Positions 8,725 through 18,855 of a stretch of 51,638 nt of DNA are shown here, piece after piece; positions within the stretch are counted from its first letter, which is position 1, and each line of letters opens with the position of its first letter. A model generated the notes under the pieces. It ran no database searches and was not told where the DNA came from. It was given only the letters and a program-made list of their open reading frames with translations. A program made the position numbers and the translations under genes. Where the stretch lies: assembly GCA_003567775.1 (NCBI GenBank), contig PWYR01000073.1:1-51638 (forward strand). Reading direction: 5' to 3'. The stretch is from Ignavibacteriales bacterium (GTDB taxonomy: Bacteria > Bacteroidota > Ignavibacteria > T3Sed10-11).

Positions 8725-9396
8725 TCATAGTGTGCTTTCGCTTTCGTCGACTTTCGGCTGCATTGCGGCTGCAAAATAAAACACAAAGGGCAAGGACAAA
8801 ATAAAAACGGTCGCCATAAGCGTTAACGCCGGCAGCGGAATACCGAATACAATCATAGCAATAGTAATCTGCGTAAGTCCGATCGATCCAATCACCGGTA
8901 AGACTCCCACACCGCCGATGATGAACGACCACACTGCGCCGGAAATACGAAGCGACACGAGAAAAAGCAGCATCGGGGCAGTAAAGTAATAAGCAATATC
9001 AATACCAAAAAATGCGACCGAAACAATTGTGTAAAACAATAATATCAGAATCGCCCAGTATTTTAATTGCTTCTCTCCCGGATCGAGATTCATTAAATTT
9101 GCAATTTGGAAAATGAAAAATAACCCGACCAATCCGGAGGCAATGCCCATACCGATATACAAAACCGGATTTCCGATCCACGGGTAAAAAGTTCGCTCTA
9201 TAATCATCCCGCCAAACACGGGTAAAAAAATAAACACAACCTGGATAATCGTTAAGAACAAAATCTTTAAGAAAACGATCATAAATCCGAACGGATTGAT
9301 TTGTTTTATATCATGCCGTTCCGAAACACCGAAATATAATAATGCAATTAACGACAAGCCCAGCAGAAAAAACAAATACAAATCCGCTACGAACAC
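8725..9396 (-). CDS. Hypothetical multi-pass membrane protein in the ECF operon
   Basis: 223 aa, almost entirely hydrophobic (about 6-7 TM). AGAGG RBS before the GTG start. Confidence 0.7.
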   Translation of the reverse strand: MFVADLYLFFLLGLSLIALLYFGVSERHDIKQINPFGFMIVFLKILFLTIIQVVFIFLPVFGGMIIERTFYPWIGNPVLYIGMGIASGLVGLFFIFQIANLMNLDPGEKQLKYWAILILLFYTIVSVAFFGIDIAYYFTAPMLLFLVSLRISGAVWSFIIGGVGVLPVIGSIGLTQITIAMIVFGIPLPALTLMATVFILSLPFVFYFAAAMQPKVDESESTL

Positions 9397-9463
9397 GAAG
9401 TAATAACCTCTGTTTGGTTGAATGATTTATTCGATACCGGACATTTTCCATTATCCGGTATTT

Positions 9464-9817
9464 TTAAACGATTTCCCCTTCCTTCTGCTTTTTCAGCGCA
9501 AAGCGGTAAAAAATCAACAATGCTATGCCAACACTTATCGGAATAAGTCCGATACCATATGGGGGCTCCACATCGAGAAAGAGTTCAAATAATAATGGAA
9601 GCGATATCCCGATACCCGCAAAAATAAGAATAAGTCCCCATTTTAAATAACCGTATGGTCTTAATTCTGATGATGCTGGATATAAATATTTTACGTCCTC
9701 TGTTACGAGACCCTTTTCTATCAATGCCATTCTTTCCAGATGCCGCGATCGAATCCGAGTATAAATCGGGATGACAATAGCTGAAAAAATTGCAATTATG
9801 ATTACTACATCTTCCAT
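9464..9817 (-). CDS. DUF6249-like small membrane protein
   Basis: RHLERMALIEKG and LKWGLILIFAGIG pattern typical of DUF6249 proteins found beside ECF sigmas. AAGGAG RBS. Confidence 0.7.
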   Translation of the reverse strand: MEDVVIIIAIFSAIVIPIYTRIRSRHLERMALIEKGLVTEDVKYLYPASSELRPYGYLKWGLILIFAGIGISLPLLFELFLDVEPPYGIGLIPISVGIALLIFYRFALKKQKEGEIV

Positions 9818-9853
9818 AACTTTTCTCCTTTCTGTTGACGAGTTATTTTACTA

Positions 9854-9883
9854 TTAGACTACAGAAAGAAGCTTAAGGTTACA
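9854..9883 (-). promoter_or_regulatory. Putative ECF-sigma-dependent promoter
   Basis: TGTAAC-N17-AGTCTAA directly upstream of the ECF operon. Confidence 0.6.
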
Positions 9884-12122
9884 AAATTTTCAACCGGGCA
9901 AATTTGAGCATTAAACTTTTCTTCCCGGCTGAATCAAACATTACCACGGCCTTCATCAAATCGCCTCTTCCGCTGAGTGATAATACTTTTCCCCTGCCGA
10001 ATTCTTCATGTTCCACAAGAGAGCCGGTATGCAACTGCGGAACAACCTGAGATTCATCTTCATAGGAAAAATGTGATTCGGGGCGTTGGCTTTTCTTCCG
10101 TTTATTTTTTATCTGATCGACAGAAGAGGCTCCTAAGAATGCACGACGTTTTTCGTCTGTGGCTGCTCCATTGTTCCATCCGGCTGTTGCAGGTTGTTTT
10201 TGGTGAATAAATAATTCCGGTTCAATTTCATCGAGAAATCTGGAGGGTGTCGGATAGTAACCTTCACCGAACCGGTATCTGAACCGCGTATAGGTCATAA
10301 ATAATTTCTCTTTTGCACGGGTCATACCCACATAACACAATCTTCGTTCTTCTTCCAGCTCATCGTTTTCGGGATTTCCGTTGTACAACGGAAAGAGTCC
10401 ATCCTCCATCCCTACCATAATCACAACCGGAAATTCCAGTCCCTTTGCGCTGTGAAATGTCATAAGCGTAACACTATTACGGGAATCATTCCATTTGTCG
10501 ACATCGGCAATTAACGAGACTGTTTCAAGGAAATCCGCCAAATTTTTGCCGGGGTTTTCCTGGCAATACTCGGTTATTGCGGAGAGAAGTTCCTGTACGT
10601 TCTCCCATCGCGCGATCGATTCCGGCAATGCTTCTTGTTTGAAAAGCGTTAGTATTCCGGTTTCCTCTATAAATGAACGAGCAAGCTCGCTTGCCGACAT
10701 CTGCTCTTTCTCATATAAATTCCGGTATTTTTGAATCAATGAAATTAGTTCCTGTATACCCCGCCGGGCTTTACGATTAACACGCGGTATTTCATCTATC
10801 TGTTTGAGCGCATCGAATAAAGTAATTTGCGTATCCCGTGCAATGGTTCGTAATCGCTGAATTGTAGTATTACCGATGCCGCGCGGCGGGAAATTGACGA
10901 TCCGGATAAGACTCTCATCATCGACCGGGTTCACAATTACTCGCAAATAGGCAATGACATCCTTAATTTCTTTTCTCTTGTAAAATTCTACTCCCCCGAC
11001 AATTGTATAAGGAATACCTGCCTTTCGCAATCCATCCTCTATCGAACGGGATTGTGCATTTGTCCGGTACAATATAACAAAATGATTGAAATCGCGTTTC
11101 GATCTTTGAAGCTCATCCTGTATTAACCGGGCAACGCGTGCTCCCTCTTCATGTTCGTTTATACATCCAAGGATTTGCAACGGTTCTCCCTCTCTGTTAT
11201 CGGTCCAGAGAGTTTTCGGTATACGTTGGTGATTGTTTTTAATGACGCTGTCGGCTGCGCGAAGTATTAACCGGGTCGAACGGTAATTTTGTTCGAGTCG
11301 GAAAATCCGGCAATCCGGATAATCCCGTTCAAAGTCGAGTATATTTCTGATGTCTGCTCCCCTGAACGCATATATACTTTGCGCATCGTCGCCGACCACA
11401 CAAATGTTCTTTCGTTTCTTTGCGAGCAGGTTCAACAACCGATATTGTGCATGATTGGTATCCTGGTATTCATCCACCAGAATGTATTCAAAATATGACT
11501 GCCACTTCTCAAGAACATCCGGATATTTCTGAAACAATATAATCGGTTTAACTATCAAATCATCGAAATCCATCGCGTTGTTTTGTTGCAGCCGATTGAT
11601 GTATTCGGAATAAACAGCCGCTGTTTTTTCATCAAATATAGATCGCGCTTCTTTTTTAAGTTGATCCGGTGTGAGTAATTTATTTTTCGCACTACTAATA
11701 GTATTTAATATTGCCTTAGGATGGAATTGCTGCTGCGAAATATTAAGATCGTTCATAATAGTGCGCACTAACGATAAAGCATCGTCGGTATCATAGATGG
11801 AATAGGAACGATCATAGCCGAGCACCTGCGCTTCCTGTCGGAGGATCCTTGCAAAGATGGAATGGAACGTTCCCATCCATGGTATTGCCTTCGGGGTCTG
11901 AACGAGCGAGTTAATACGCTCTTTCATTTCATTCGCCGCTTTGTTCGTGAAGGTAAGAGCAAGAATTCTTGCCGGAGGAATACCAAGTTGCAACAGATAT
12001 GCAATCCTGTATGTCAATACACGTGTTTTACCGCTTCCGGCGCCGGCGACCACCATTACCGGGCCGGTAGTTGCCTGAACCGCATCCTGTTGTGAAACAT
12101 TTAATTGCTGTAGCAAATTCAT
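9879..12122 (-). CDS. pcrA: UvrD/PcrA SF1 DNA helicase
   Basis: AGAGSGKTRVLT, TFTNKAA, VDEYQDTN, VGDDAQSIY, LEQNYRST, HSAKGLEF, EEERRLCYVGMTRA and a C-terminal Tudor-like domain. ATG 12122 preferred. Confidence 0.95.
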   Translation of the reverse strand: MNLLQQLNVSQQDAVQATTGPVMVVAGAGSGKTRVLTYRIAYLLQLGIPPARILALTFTNKAANEMKERINSLVQTPKAIPWMGTFHSIFARILRQEAQVLGYDRSYSIYDTDDALSLVRTIMNDLNISQQQFHPKAILNTISSAKNKLLTPDQLKKEARSIFDEKTAAVYSEYINRLQQNNAMDFDDLIVKPIILFQKYPDVLEKWQSYFEYILVDEYQDTNHAQYRLLNLLAKKRKNICVVGDDAQSIYAFRGADIRNILDFERDYPDCRIFRLEQNYRSTRLILRAADSVIKNNHQRIPKTLWTDNREGEPLQILGCINEHEEGARVARLIQDELQRSKRDFNHFVILYRTNAQSRSIEDGLRKAGIPYTIVGGVEFYKRKEIKDVIAYLRVIVNPVDDESLIRIVNFPPRGIGNTTIQRLRTIARDTQITLFDALKQIDEIPRVNRKARRGIQELISLIQKYRNLYEKEQMSASELARSFIEETGILTLFKQEALPESIARWENVQELLSAITEYCQENPGKNLADFLETVSLIADVDKWNDSRNSVTLMTFHSAKGLEFPVVIMVGMEDGLFPLYNGNPENDELEEERRLCYVGMTRAKEKLFMTYTRFRYRFGEGYYPTPSRFLDEIEPELFIHQKQPATAGWNNGAATDEKRRAFLGASSVDQIKNKRKKSQRPESHFSYEDESQVVPQLHTGSLVEHEEFGRGKVLSLSGRGDLMKAVVMFDSAGKKSLMLKFARLKIL

Positions 12123-12178
12123 AATCAAAAAATTTGAAGAGACTCTAAACAACGGAATTTATCATCGCAAGGGATAAT

Positions 12179-12207
12179 AAGGTAGGGAAAATCTCCGATG
12201 AAATCAA
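12179..12207 (-). promoter_or_regulatory. Putative promoter of uvrD/pcrA
   Basis: TTGATT-N17-TACCTT. Confidence 0.55.
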
Positions 12208-12224
12208 TATCAAAAAATTACATA

Positions 12225-13187
12225 TTAAAAATCTGTTGCAATCAGTGTGCCATCCTCATCAAACGTAATCCGGAGTACAAAGGGCGCTCTCGATGGGGCA
12301 TTGAATCGCTTCGCAAGGCGGGGGTTGAACACAAATTGAAGATCGTAGTATTCAACGACATGATTCCCGTCATCGTATTGATAATAATCATATACCGGCA
12401 GCCGGGCAAACCATTTGAAAAATTCGACTTCCCCGGTATTTCTTGCAGTATATATAAATTTGTTCGGCTCTATAAGCGGATAATCGAGAACGAAATACTC
12501 GTCCGGAGACTGGAAGGTATTTGTAAAAATTTGATAAGCGGCATCTTCGGTTTCTACCGCAACCATCCAGTTTGTTATTGCAAGCGGTTGGGGCAATACG
12601 ATCATTCGCTCGTATTCTATGCCGCGACCGGTAAAATAATCATCGGCTTTCGAGCGTACTATTTCCCGATTTGTAAAAGCGAGTAAAAAATATACAGCAA
12701 TAAAGGCGATGGCTCCCCACATTATTTTCCGCCGGTGATTTTTAAACTTTCGTCCGAGTATGAGGAATACAATCATCGAGCCGGTTAGCCACGGATCGAT
12801 AATAAAAATTAAATCAAGCGTATATCGAGCATCGGTAATCGGATAGAAAATCATTGTACCGAATGAAGTAATGAGATCGAAAAAGATATGTATCACGATA
12901 CCGATAAATGTATAGGTAAAAACCAACCTGAAATCAACACCTTTTACGGACAGCTTGAGAATCAATGCAACAAATGCTGCAAAAAACGGTGCGAACAAAA
13001 ATGAGTGGCTCAAACCCCGGTGGTGCTCCATATAGAATATCCGGTCGCCGAAAAACTGGAGTAGAAAATCGATATCAGGCAGATTCGCGGCAACAAGCAG
13101 TATCCAAAAAACTAACCGTGTATGATGCCGCTCGGGTCCTGCTTTCGATGCAAGCGCTCCCGTTAAGGTATGAGTGATATTATCCAT
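12225..13187 (-). CDS. Membrane-bound metal-dependent hydrolase (YdjM/YfhP-like)
   Basis: MDNITHTL, ANLPDID, HRGLSHS, HIFFDLITSFGT and FIIDP. Confidence 0.88.
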   Translation of the reverse strand: MDNITHTLTGALASKAGPERHHTRLVFWILLVAANLPDIDFLLQFFGDRIFYMEHHRGLSHSFLFAPFFAAFVALILKLSVKGVDFRLVFTYTFIGIVIHIFFDLITSFGTMIFYPITDARYTLDLIFIIDPWLTGSMIVFLILGRKFKNHRRKIMWGAIAFIAVYFLLAFTNREIVRSKADDYFTGRGIEYERMIVLPQPLAITNWMVAVETEDAAYQIFTNTFQSPDEYFVLDYPLIEPNKFIYTARNTGEVEFFKWFARLPVYDYYQYDDGNHVVEYYDLQFVFNPRLAKRFNAPSRAPFVLRITFDEDGTLIATDF

Positions 13188-13190
13188 AAA

Positions 13191-14366
13191 TTATGACGTT
13201 GTGTTCGGATTCCTCATTGTAAAAGCCAGTAATAATCCCGTACCGCCAACAGCAGTAAGAAACAGGATCGCTGTCGTAAACCCGTAGGGCAACAGCAAGC
13301 CGACCATCACTGCTCCGACAAATGAACCGGAGAATTGAATTGTACTGTAAACACCCATTGCGGTCCCAACCACCTGCGATTGAGCTATTTTTCCAACAAA
13401 AATAGGTAAGATTGGTTCCATTATGTTCGATCCTGCAAATGCAATAATTGCTGCACCGGCAAACCACCATATATCACCCCCCAATATCATTCCTATTGAT
13501 CCGGCAAGAATAAGCACAAAGCTGAACATAATGCTCTCACGGGTGTATCCTTTGTCGGCAATCTTTGAAAAAGCAATCATGAGCACAATCGCCACAAGAA
13601 TCATCGGAAAGTAAACGTATGTGAATTCATTCATCTCCAACCCGAACCGGTCCGCAAGCATAAGCGGAAGGAGATAAAATAGTGCATTGATGGATGAATA
13701 CATCAACAAACCGGCGACATCGATTTTTAAAAGCTCCTTGTTTTTAAAGACGGAACCAATCTGAACCCGTGTGATGGTATTCCTACCCGTTGACGGCGAT
13801 TCCTCGTGAATGAAAAAAATTAAATAAACGGTAATAATGAAACCCAAAGCACCGCTCAGGAAAAATAGCAGATCAATACCGTAAGCGTGGGCAAGAATCG
13901 GTCCGGCGATTACTCCGATACTGAAAAAAATACCGATCGGTGCCCCGATCAATGCGGTGACAAAATTCCGATGCCGGACATCGATGGTGTCATTAATAAA
14001 TGCGAACACCGTCGCGGTGACGGCGCCTCCTCCCTGAAGAATTCTTGCGGCAATGAGCGATTCGATCGTCTGGGCAAAACCTCCAAAAATTGAGCCGGCG
14101 CTGAATATCAGCATACCGGTAACAATCATTCGTTTGCGACCGAACCTATCCGAAGCGATGCCGTAAGGTATCTGGAATAATGCCTGCGTTGCGCCGTAAC
14201 CGCCGACTACAATGCCTATAAGGATTGTCGATTCGGTAAGCGTTTGACCATGTATTGCGATAACCGGAATCAGCAGCGATAAACCGAGGATGCGAAACGA
14301 CACAACGAGAGCCATTCCGGTAATAAAACGGATGTGATAAGCTGATAAGCGCGGAATGTTTTTCAC
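13191..14366 (-). CDS. MFS transporter (YajR-like)
   Basis: FRILGL, YGATQALFQIPYGIASDRFGRK and RILQGGGA. Confidence 0.88.
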   Translation of the reverse strand: MKNIPRLSAYHIRFITGMALVVSFRILGLSLLIPVIAIHGQTLTESTILIGIVVGGYGATQALFQIPYGIASDRFGRKRMIVTGMLIFSAGSIFGGFAQTIESLIAARILQGGGAVTATVFAFINDTIDVRHRNFVTALIGAPIGIFFSIGVIAGPILAHAYGIDLLFFLSGALGFIITVYLIFFIHEESPSTGRNTITRVQIGSVFKNKELLKIDVAGLLMYSSINALFYLLPLMLADRFGLEMNEFTYVYFPMILVAIVLMIAFSKIADKGYTRESIMFSFVLILAGSIGMILGGDIWWFAGAAIIAFAGSNIMEPILPIFVGKIAQSQVVGTAMGVYSTIQFSGSFVGAVMVGLLLPYGFTTAILFLTAVGGTGLLLAFTMRNPNTTS

Positions 14367-14371
14367 AGTAA

Positions 14372-14881
14372 CTAAATTATTATTGCTCCCTCAAGCCCCA
14401 GAAGAAATTCTTTTGTCTTTACACCGGCACTATATCCGACAAGCGCGCCGTTAGCGCCGATTACCCTATGGCAGGGTATAATAATCGGAATAGGATTCGC
14501 CGCATTTGCGCGAGCAACCGCCTGGTACGCTCTCGGGTTCCCCGATTTAATGGCAATATCTTTGTAGGTCATTGTTGTACCGTAATTTATCCGGCGAACA
14601 TTTCGCCACACTTTTTTTTGAAAGGGGGTGCCTAATTGATGTAATGCACAGTTAAACTTCGTCAGACGGCGGTTAAAATACCGATTAATTTCATCAATAA
14701 CCTGTTTATTTCGTGAACGATTCTCCGCTACTTCATCTTCGTCAAAGTGTTTATGCAACCACTGAAAAAAATCTTTCTTGGTTTCTTTGGGAATACTTAT
14801 TTTACAAACTCCGCGTTCTGTTGATGCGACATAAATGATACCGATTTTTGATTCGAAGGAGGTGCAGTATACTCTTGTCAT
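14372..14881 (-). CDS. ogt: Methylated-DNA-protein-cysteine methyltransferase
   Basis: GTPFQKKVW and the NPIPIIIPCHRVIG active-site motif. Confidence 0.93.
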   Translation of the reverse strand: MTRVYCTSFESKIGIIYVASTERGVCKISIPKETKKDFFQWLHKHFDEDEVAENRSRNKQVIDEINRYFNRRLTKFNCALHQLGTPFQKKVWRNVRRINYGTTMTYKDIAIKSGNPRAYQAVARANAANPIPIIIPCHRVIGANGALVGYSAGVKTKEFLLGLEGAIII

Positions 14882-14929
14882 GGTTTATTTAACCGAAGCT
14901 TCAAAAAATATTGCGCGTAAAGGGAAAAT

Positions 14930-14958
14930 AATATACGAAAGATATCGGATTACTGCAA
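14930..14958 (-). promoter_or_regulatory. Putative promoter of the ogt operon
   Basis: TTGCAG-N17-TATATT. Confidence 0.5.
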
Positions 14959-14981
14959 ATATATTTTTATAAATTATTCCT

Positions 14982-15794
14982 TCATTCTCTAAACTGGTGG
15001 TGCTCCGTAAAAAATTGTTTATATCCACGCTGCACGATTAAAACAGATGATATCATAACACTCGCAGCAATCATGTACATAACAACAATTTGATATTTTA
15101 CTGCTATAATCGGGCTGGCGCCGGACAATATTTGTCCAGTCATCATACCGGGTAGACTGACTATACCCACCGTCATCAAACTATTAATGGTCGGAATCAT
15201 AGCTGCACGAACCGCAGATGCAACAATATCGGAAACCGCTTCACGCGAAGTGGCGCCGAGGGACAAACGGGCTTCAATGAGCGCCCGTTTACTTCGAATT
15301 TCCGATGATAATCGCTCGGCAGCAAGCGCTACCCGCTGTTTTTCACCTACCGATAAGTCTACTGCATTACGGTTGAGAATATTATCGGATACATTTAGAT
15401 ACCGGAGAAGTTCCCTGCATTTATCCCCGAAGTAGGGAGTATCACTCATATTATTTTTCATGTGCTGCACTGCATATTGAAAATTCGACAAAACCGTGCC
15501 ATCGAACATAATCGGGATCTGGGATACATAGCCGACACGAGTACGAAGCGAACGTACATCGTATGTTGCAATATCTTTGCCGTGAAAGAGAATATCTCCG
15601 TCATCGGGATCGGTAAGCCGGTTAAATAACCGCAATAATGTCGTTTTCCCCGACCCGGACGGACCTAAGATGAGCTGCGGTTCTTTTCCGTTGATACCAA
15701 AATTGATATCGCGTAATACCGGTTCCCCGGACATGGAACTATCGGCGGTTTGTACCGGTTTTCTCTTTGTAACATGTTTAAATTCAAAAAGCAT
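14982..15794 (-). pseudogene. In-frame chimera of an ABC ATPase N-terminus (FetA/YbbL-like) and a permease C-terminus (FetB/YbbM-like)
   Basis: Walker A GPSGSGKTT and signature LSVGEKQRVALA are present, but Walker B, D-loop and H-loop are absent. The protein continues into FetB-type IEARLSLGAT...AMIPTINSLMTVGIVSLPGMMTGQILSG...AVKYQI. Confidence 0.75.
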
Positions 15795-15835
15795 AAATAA
15801 AAATACCTAACATATTCCTATAACGCAATAACAAA

Positions 15836-16435
15836 ATGAGGTTTATTATGCGATATTCTTACTTTCCGATAATTGTAATGTTACTATCACTTTTCACCGG
15901 CTGTTCGACTGATGACGCTCCCGGGGAAACAGACCCGCCGGCTGAGCTACACGACACTGCAGTAAATTCGGTTGCAGGCCTTACCTGGGAGGTCTCTGCG
16001 ATTTGGCGAGCTGAAAGACAACGACCGATGCGTGTTGCAACATACTCAACCCCATCTGCCGAGGGGGAACAGGATATGGGAGAAGTTGCAATTTTCTATT
16101 TCGGACCCGGTGAGGGTGGAAGCGTCGAAGCAAATATAGAGCGCTGGTTCGGTCAATTTGAACATCCCGATTTGACGCCGCAGGAATCTGCACCGCTGGA
16201 GTCAATGATCATAAACGGCATCCCCGTTACAATTGTGCGAACCTCGGGGACATACACGGCTGCCGCAGGACCAATGGCGCCGCAACAAGATGTCCGACCG
16301 GGATACATGTTAATCGGTGCAATAGCTGAAGGACCGCAAGGTGCAGTATTTTTTAAATTTACCGGCCCCGAGACAACGGTTCAGGAAGCTGAATCTGATT
16401 TTATGCGATTAGTAGAATCAATCCGCCGGCAATAG
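15836..16435 (+). CDS. Hypothetical lipoprotein
   Basis: Lipobox-like FTGC after a hydrophobic stretch. Contains GGSVEANIERWFGQF and FFKFTGP. Confidence 0.75.
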   Translation: MRFIMRYSYFPIIVMLLSLFTGCSTDDAPGETDPPAELHDTAVNSVAGLTWEVSAIWRAERQRPMRVATYSTPSAEGEQDMGEVAIFYFGPGEGGSVEANIERWFGQFEHPDLTPQESAPLESMIINGIPVTIVRTSGTYTAAAGPMAPQQDVRPGYMLIGAIAEGPQGAVFFKFTGPETTVQEAESDFMRLVESIRRQ

Positions 16436-16455
16436 AAAAACGAGAAGGTGAAGAG

Positions 16456-16920
16456 TTAGTTCATCTCTTCTCCTTCGTTTAATGCGTCTACCCGTAGCGT
16501 CGCTACATATCTAAATTTTGATTCGGCATGATCCGATAATGGGTATGGATCTAATTGAAGCAATGTGATTCTATAACCCCAGAATTCCTTTTGCCGATGT
16601 CTTTGCTTACTGTAACGATCAACAAGACCGGGAATAGGAACCTCAACCAGGTCTCCTAATCGGTCTTCACGCTCAAGAGCAACGAGTATGACTGCTTCAC
16701 CGTCGTAAGCACAGAGAGCGTCTTCCGGACAGCGTGTATCTTTTTTCAGGTCAAGGAATCTAACCTCCGTACCATCCTCCAAGCTTACCGTGTGATCATA
16801 TACAACCCTGAATTCCTGCCCGAATGGTATGCCGGCGTCCGGGTCACCCGGAGTGCAAGAATACAACTGGAGTATGTACAAACTTAAAACAAGCGCTATT
16901 GCATATACATTAATTTTCAT
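16456..16920 (-). CDS. Hypothetical lipoprotein with DxRCP-x4-C motif
   Basis: Signal peptide ending LYSC, then DTRCPEDALCAYDGEA. Confidence 0.7.
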   Translation of the reverse strand: MKINVYAIALVLSLYILQLYSCTPGDPDAGIPFGQEFRVVYDHTVSLEDGTEVRFLDLKKDTRCPEDALCAYDGEAVILVALEREDRLGDLVEVPIPGLVDRYSKQRHRQKEFWGYRITLLQLDPYPLSDHAESKFRYVATLRVDALNEGEEMN

Positions 16921-16923
16921 AAT

Positions 16924-17262
16924 CTACTGTAAAGCCGAAATTGCCTCGTCTATCGTATCATAATGCTTAAATACTTTAATAAGCTGTGTAATCATAAATA
17001 AACTTTTGACTTTTTTTGTCACATTGGTAATCACCATATCGCCATCGTGATTTTTAACAGACGTAAACGTCGAGATAAGAGCACCCAAACCCAAACTGTT
17101 CATCCACTTCACACCTGAAAGGTCGAGAATAATCTTGTTCGTACCTTTTTCAAGCGTTTCTTTGATTTTCTCACGAAAAACACCGGTATCCGGGTCACCC
17201 ATCATATCACCTTTAAGTGTTAGGATCACTATATCACCGCGAAGTTCTTCCTGGATTCGCAT
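16924..17262 (-). CDS. STAS-domain anti-sigma-factor antagonist
   Basis: IILDLSGVKWMNSLGLGALI (phospho-Ser loop). AGGAGG RBS before ATG 17262. Confidence 0.9.
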   Translation of the reverse strand: MRIQEELRGDIVILTLKGDMMGDPDTGVFREKIKETLEKGTNKIILDLSGVKWMNSLGLGALISTFTSVKNHDGDMVITNVTKKVKSLFMITQLIKVFKHYDTIDEAISALQ

Positions 17263-17389
17263 TATATTCCTCCTGAAGTGAATTTTCATTAAATGTTAGA
17301 GTAGTATAAGTGTAAATAATACAACTTTTTCTGCATTTCAGCAAATATAAAAATAATATGTTCTCATTTTATCCTGATGAAAATATCCG

Positions 17390-17418
17390 TTGATTTTCAA
17401 AGTAAATCTTTATACCTT
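17390..17418 (+). promoter_or_regulatory. Putative promoter of tRNA-Ser
   Basis: TTGATT-N17-TACCTT, 12 nt upstream of the tRNA. Confidence 0.55.
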
Positions 17419-17430
17419 GTTATTATAAAC

Positions 17431-17515
17431 GGAAAGGTGCAGGAGTGGTTGAACTGGCGCGCCTGGAGAGCGCGTGTACCTCCGGGTACCGTGGGTTCGA
17501 ATCCCACCCTTTCCG
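17431..17515 (+). tRNA. tRNA-Ser(GGA)
   Basis: Acceptor stem GGAAAGG/CCTTTCC, anticodon loop CT-GGA-GA, long variable arm, GGTTCGAATCC T-arm. CCA is not encoded. Confidence 0.95.
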
Positions 17516-17548
17516 CAAGCTAAATAATCGGAAAATGAGGCATCAACA

Positions 17549-18838
17549 ATGAAAAGAGCTCTGCTTTCAGGTATTTTTATAGCAATAATTTCGGCGCAGG
17601 TTGCGTATTCAACCGAGCGTTCAAAAGTGCACGTGATGAAAATCGACGGCTCAATTAATCCCGCTGTCGCATCAATGATATCCTCAAGTATTGAAACTGC
17701 CAGAGATGAACGATCGGAACTTTTAATTATACAAATTAACACGCCGGGAGGATTATTGGCTTCCACGCGGGCAATTGTGAGCGACATTCTTGAAAGCGAG
17801 ATCCCTGTTGCAGTTTATGTTTCTCCGAGCGGGTCGTCGTCAACATCAGCAGGTGTTTTTATTACGCTTGCCGGACATATAGCAGCAATGTCACCCGGAA
17901 CAAACATGGGTGCGGCGCATCCCGTCGGGATGGGCGGTGATGCAGACACGGTGATGATCGAAAAGGCCCTATCCGATGCTGCCGCTTTTATACGAACCAT
18001 TGCGGAACATCGAGACAGAAATGTCGAGTGGGCGGAAAAAGCAGTACGGCAATCACTTTCGGTCACGGAATCGGAAGCGCTCCGGGATAACATTATAGAC
18101 CTGATTGCAAATGACATAGACGATCTCCTCACAACGATAGATGGCTGGGAAATTGAAACCAAGCGCGAGACACGAGTTCTTTCGACGGAAAATGCTGAGA
18201 TAATCATACTTGAAATGAACTGGCAGCAACGCTTCCTTAATCTAATCAGCGACCCGAATATCGTATATATATTGATGATGGTCGGATTTGCCGGTATAAT
18301 GTTTGAGATATATAATCCCGGCGCAATATTTCCCGGTGTAATCGGTGTCATCTCCCTTATACTTGCATTCTATTCATTGCACACGCTGCCGGTTAATTAT
18401 GCCGGCATCGCGCTCATTGCTTTTGCTATAATCTTATTCCTGCTGGAGATTAAGGTGCCAAGTTACGGCATACTTACTATCGGAGGAATCGTATCTTTAC
18501 TTCTCGGGTCGATAATGCTCGTCGATCCGGATTCTGCACTTGAGTACGCACGAATATCCTGGACAGTCATTATTCCGGTCACGTTTTTTATAACCGCCTT
18601 TTTCCTCTTCGCGATAAGTCTTGGAATACGCGCTCAACTACGGAAACCCGCAACCGGCAATGAGGGAATTATCGGATCATACGGCGAAGCACTTGAGGTG
18701 CTCGATCCCACCGGGGAAATCAGAGTTTGGGGCGAACGCTGGATTGCTGAATCTTTTAGCGGAATAATTAAAAAAGGAGAACGGGTGAAAGTTGTGGGAG
18801 TTGATAATATGAAACTGAAGGTTGAAAAAACCGAATAA
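17549..18838 (+). CDS. nfeD: NfeD-family membrane-bound serine protease (ClpP-like, TM and OB domains)
   Basis: [32 protein letters not shown] and C-terminal GERWIA. Confidence 0.93.
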   Translation: MKRALLSGIFIAIISAQVAYSTERSKVHVMKIDGSINPAVASMISSSIETARDERSELLIIQINTPGGLLASTRAIVSDILESEIPVAVYVSPSGSSSTSAGVFITLAGHIAAMSPGTNMGAAHPVGMGGDADTVMIEKALSDAAAFIRTIAEHRDRNVEWAEKAVRQSLSVTESEALRDNIIDLIANDIDDLLTTIDGWEIETKRETRVLSTENAEIIILEMNWQQRFLNLISDPNIVYILMMVGFAGIMFEIYNPGAIFPGVIGVISLILAFYSLHTLPVNYAGIALIAFAIILFLLEIKVPSYGILTIGGIVSLLLGSIMLVDPDSALEYARISWTVIIPVTFFITAFFLFAISLGIRAQLRKPATGNEGIIGSYGEALEVLDPTGEIRVWGERWIAESFSGIIKKGERVKVVGVDNMKLKVEKTE

Positions 18839-18855
18839 TTCGAAAGGAGATTTAC

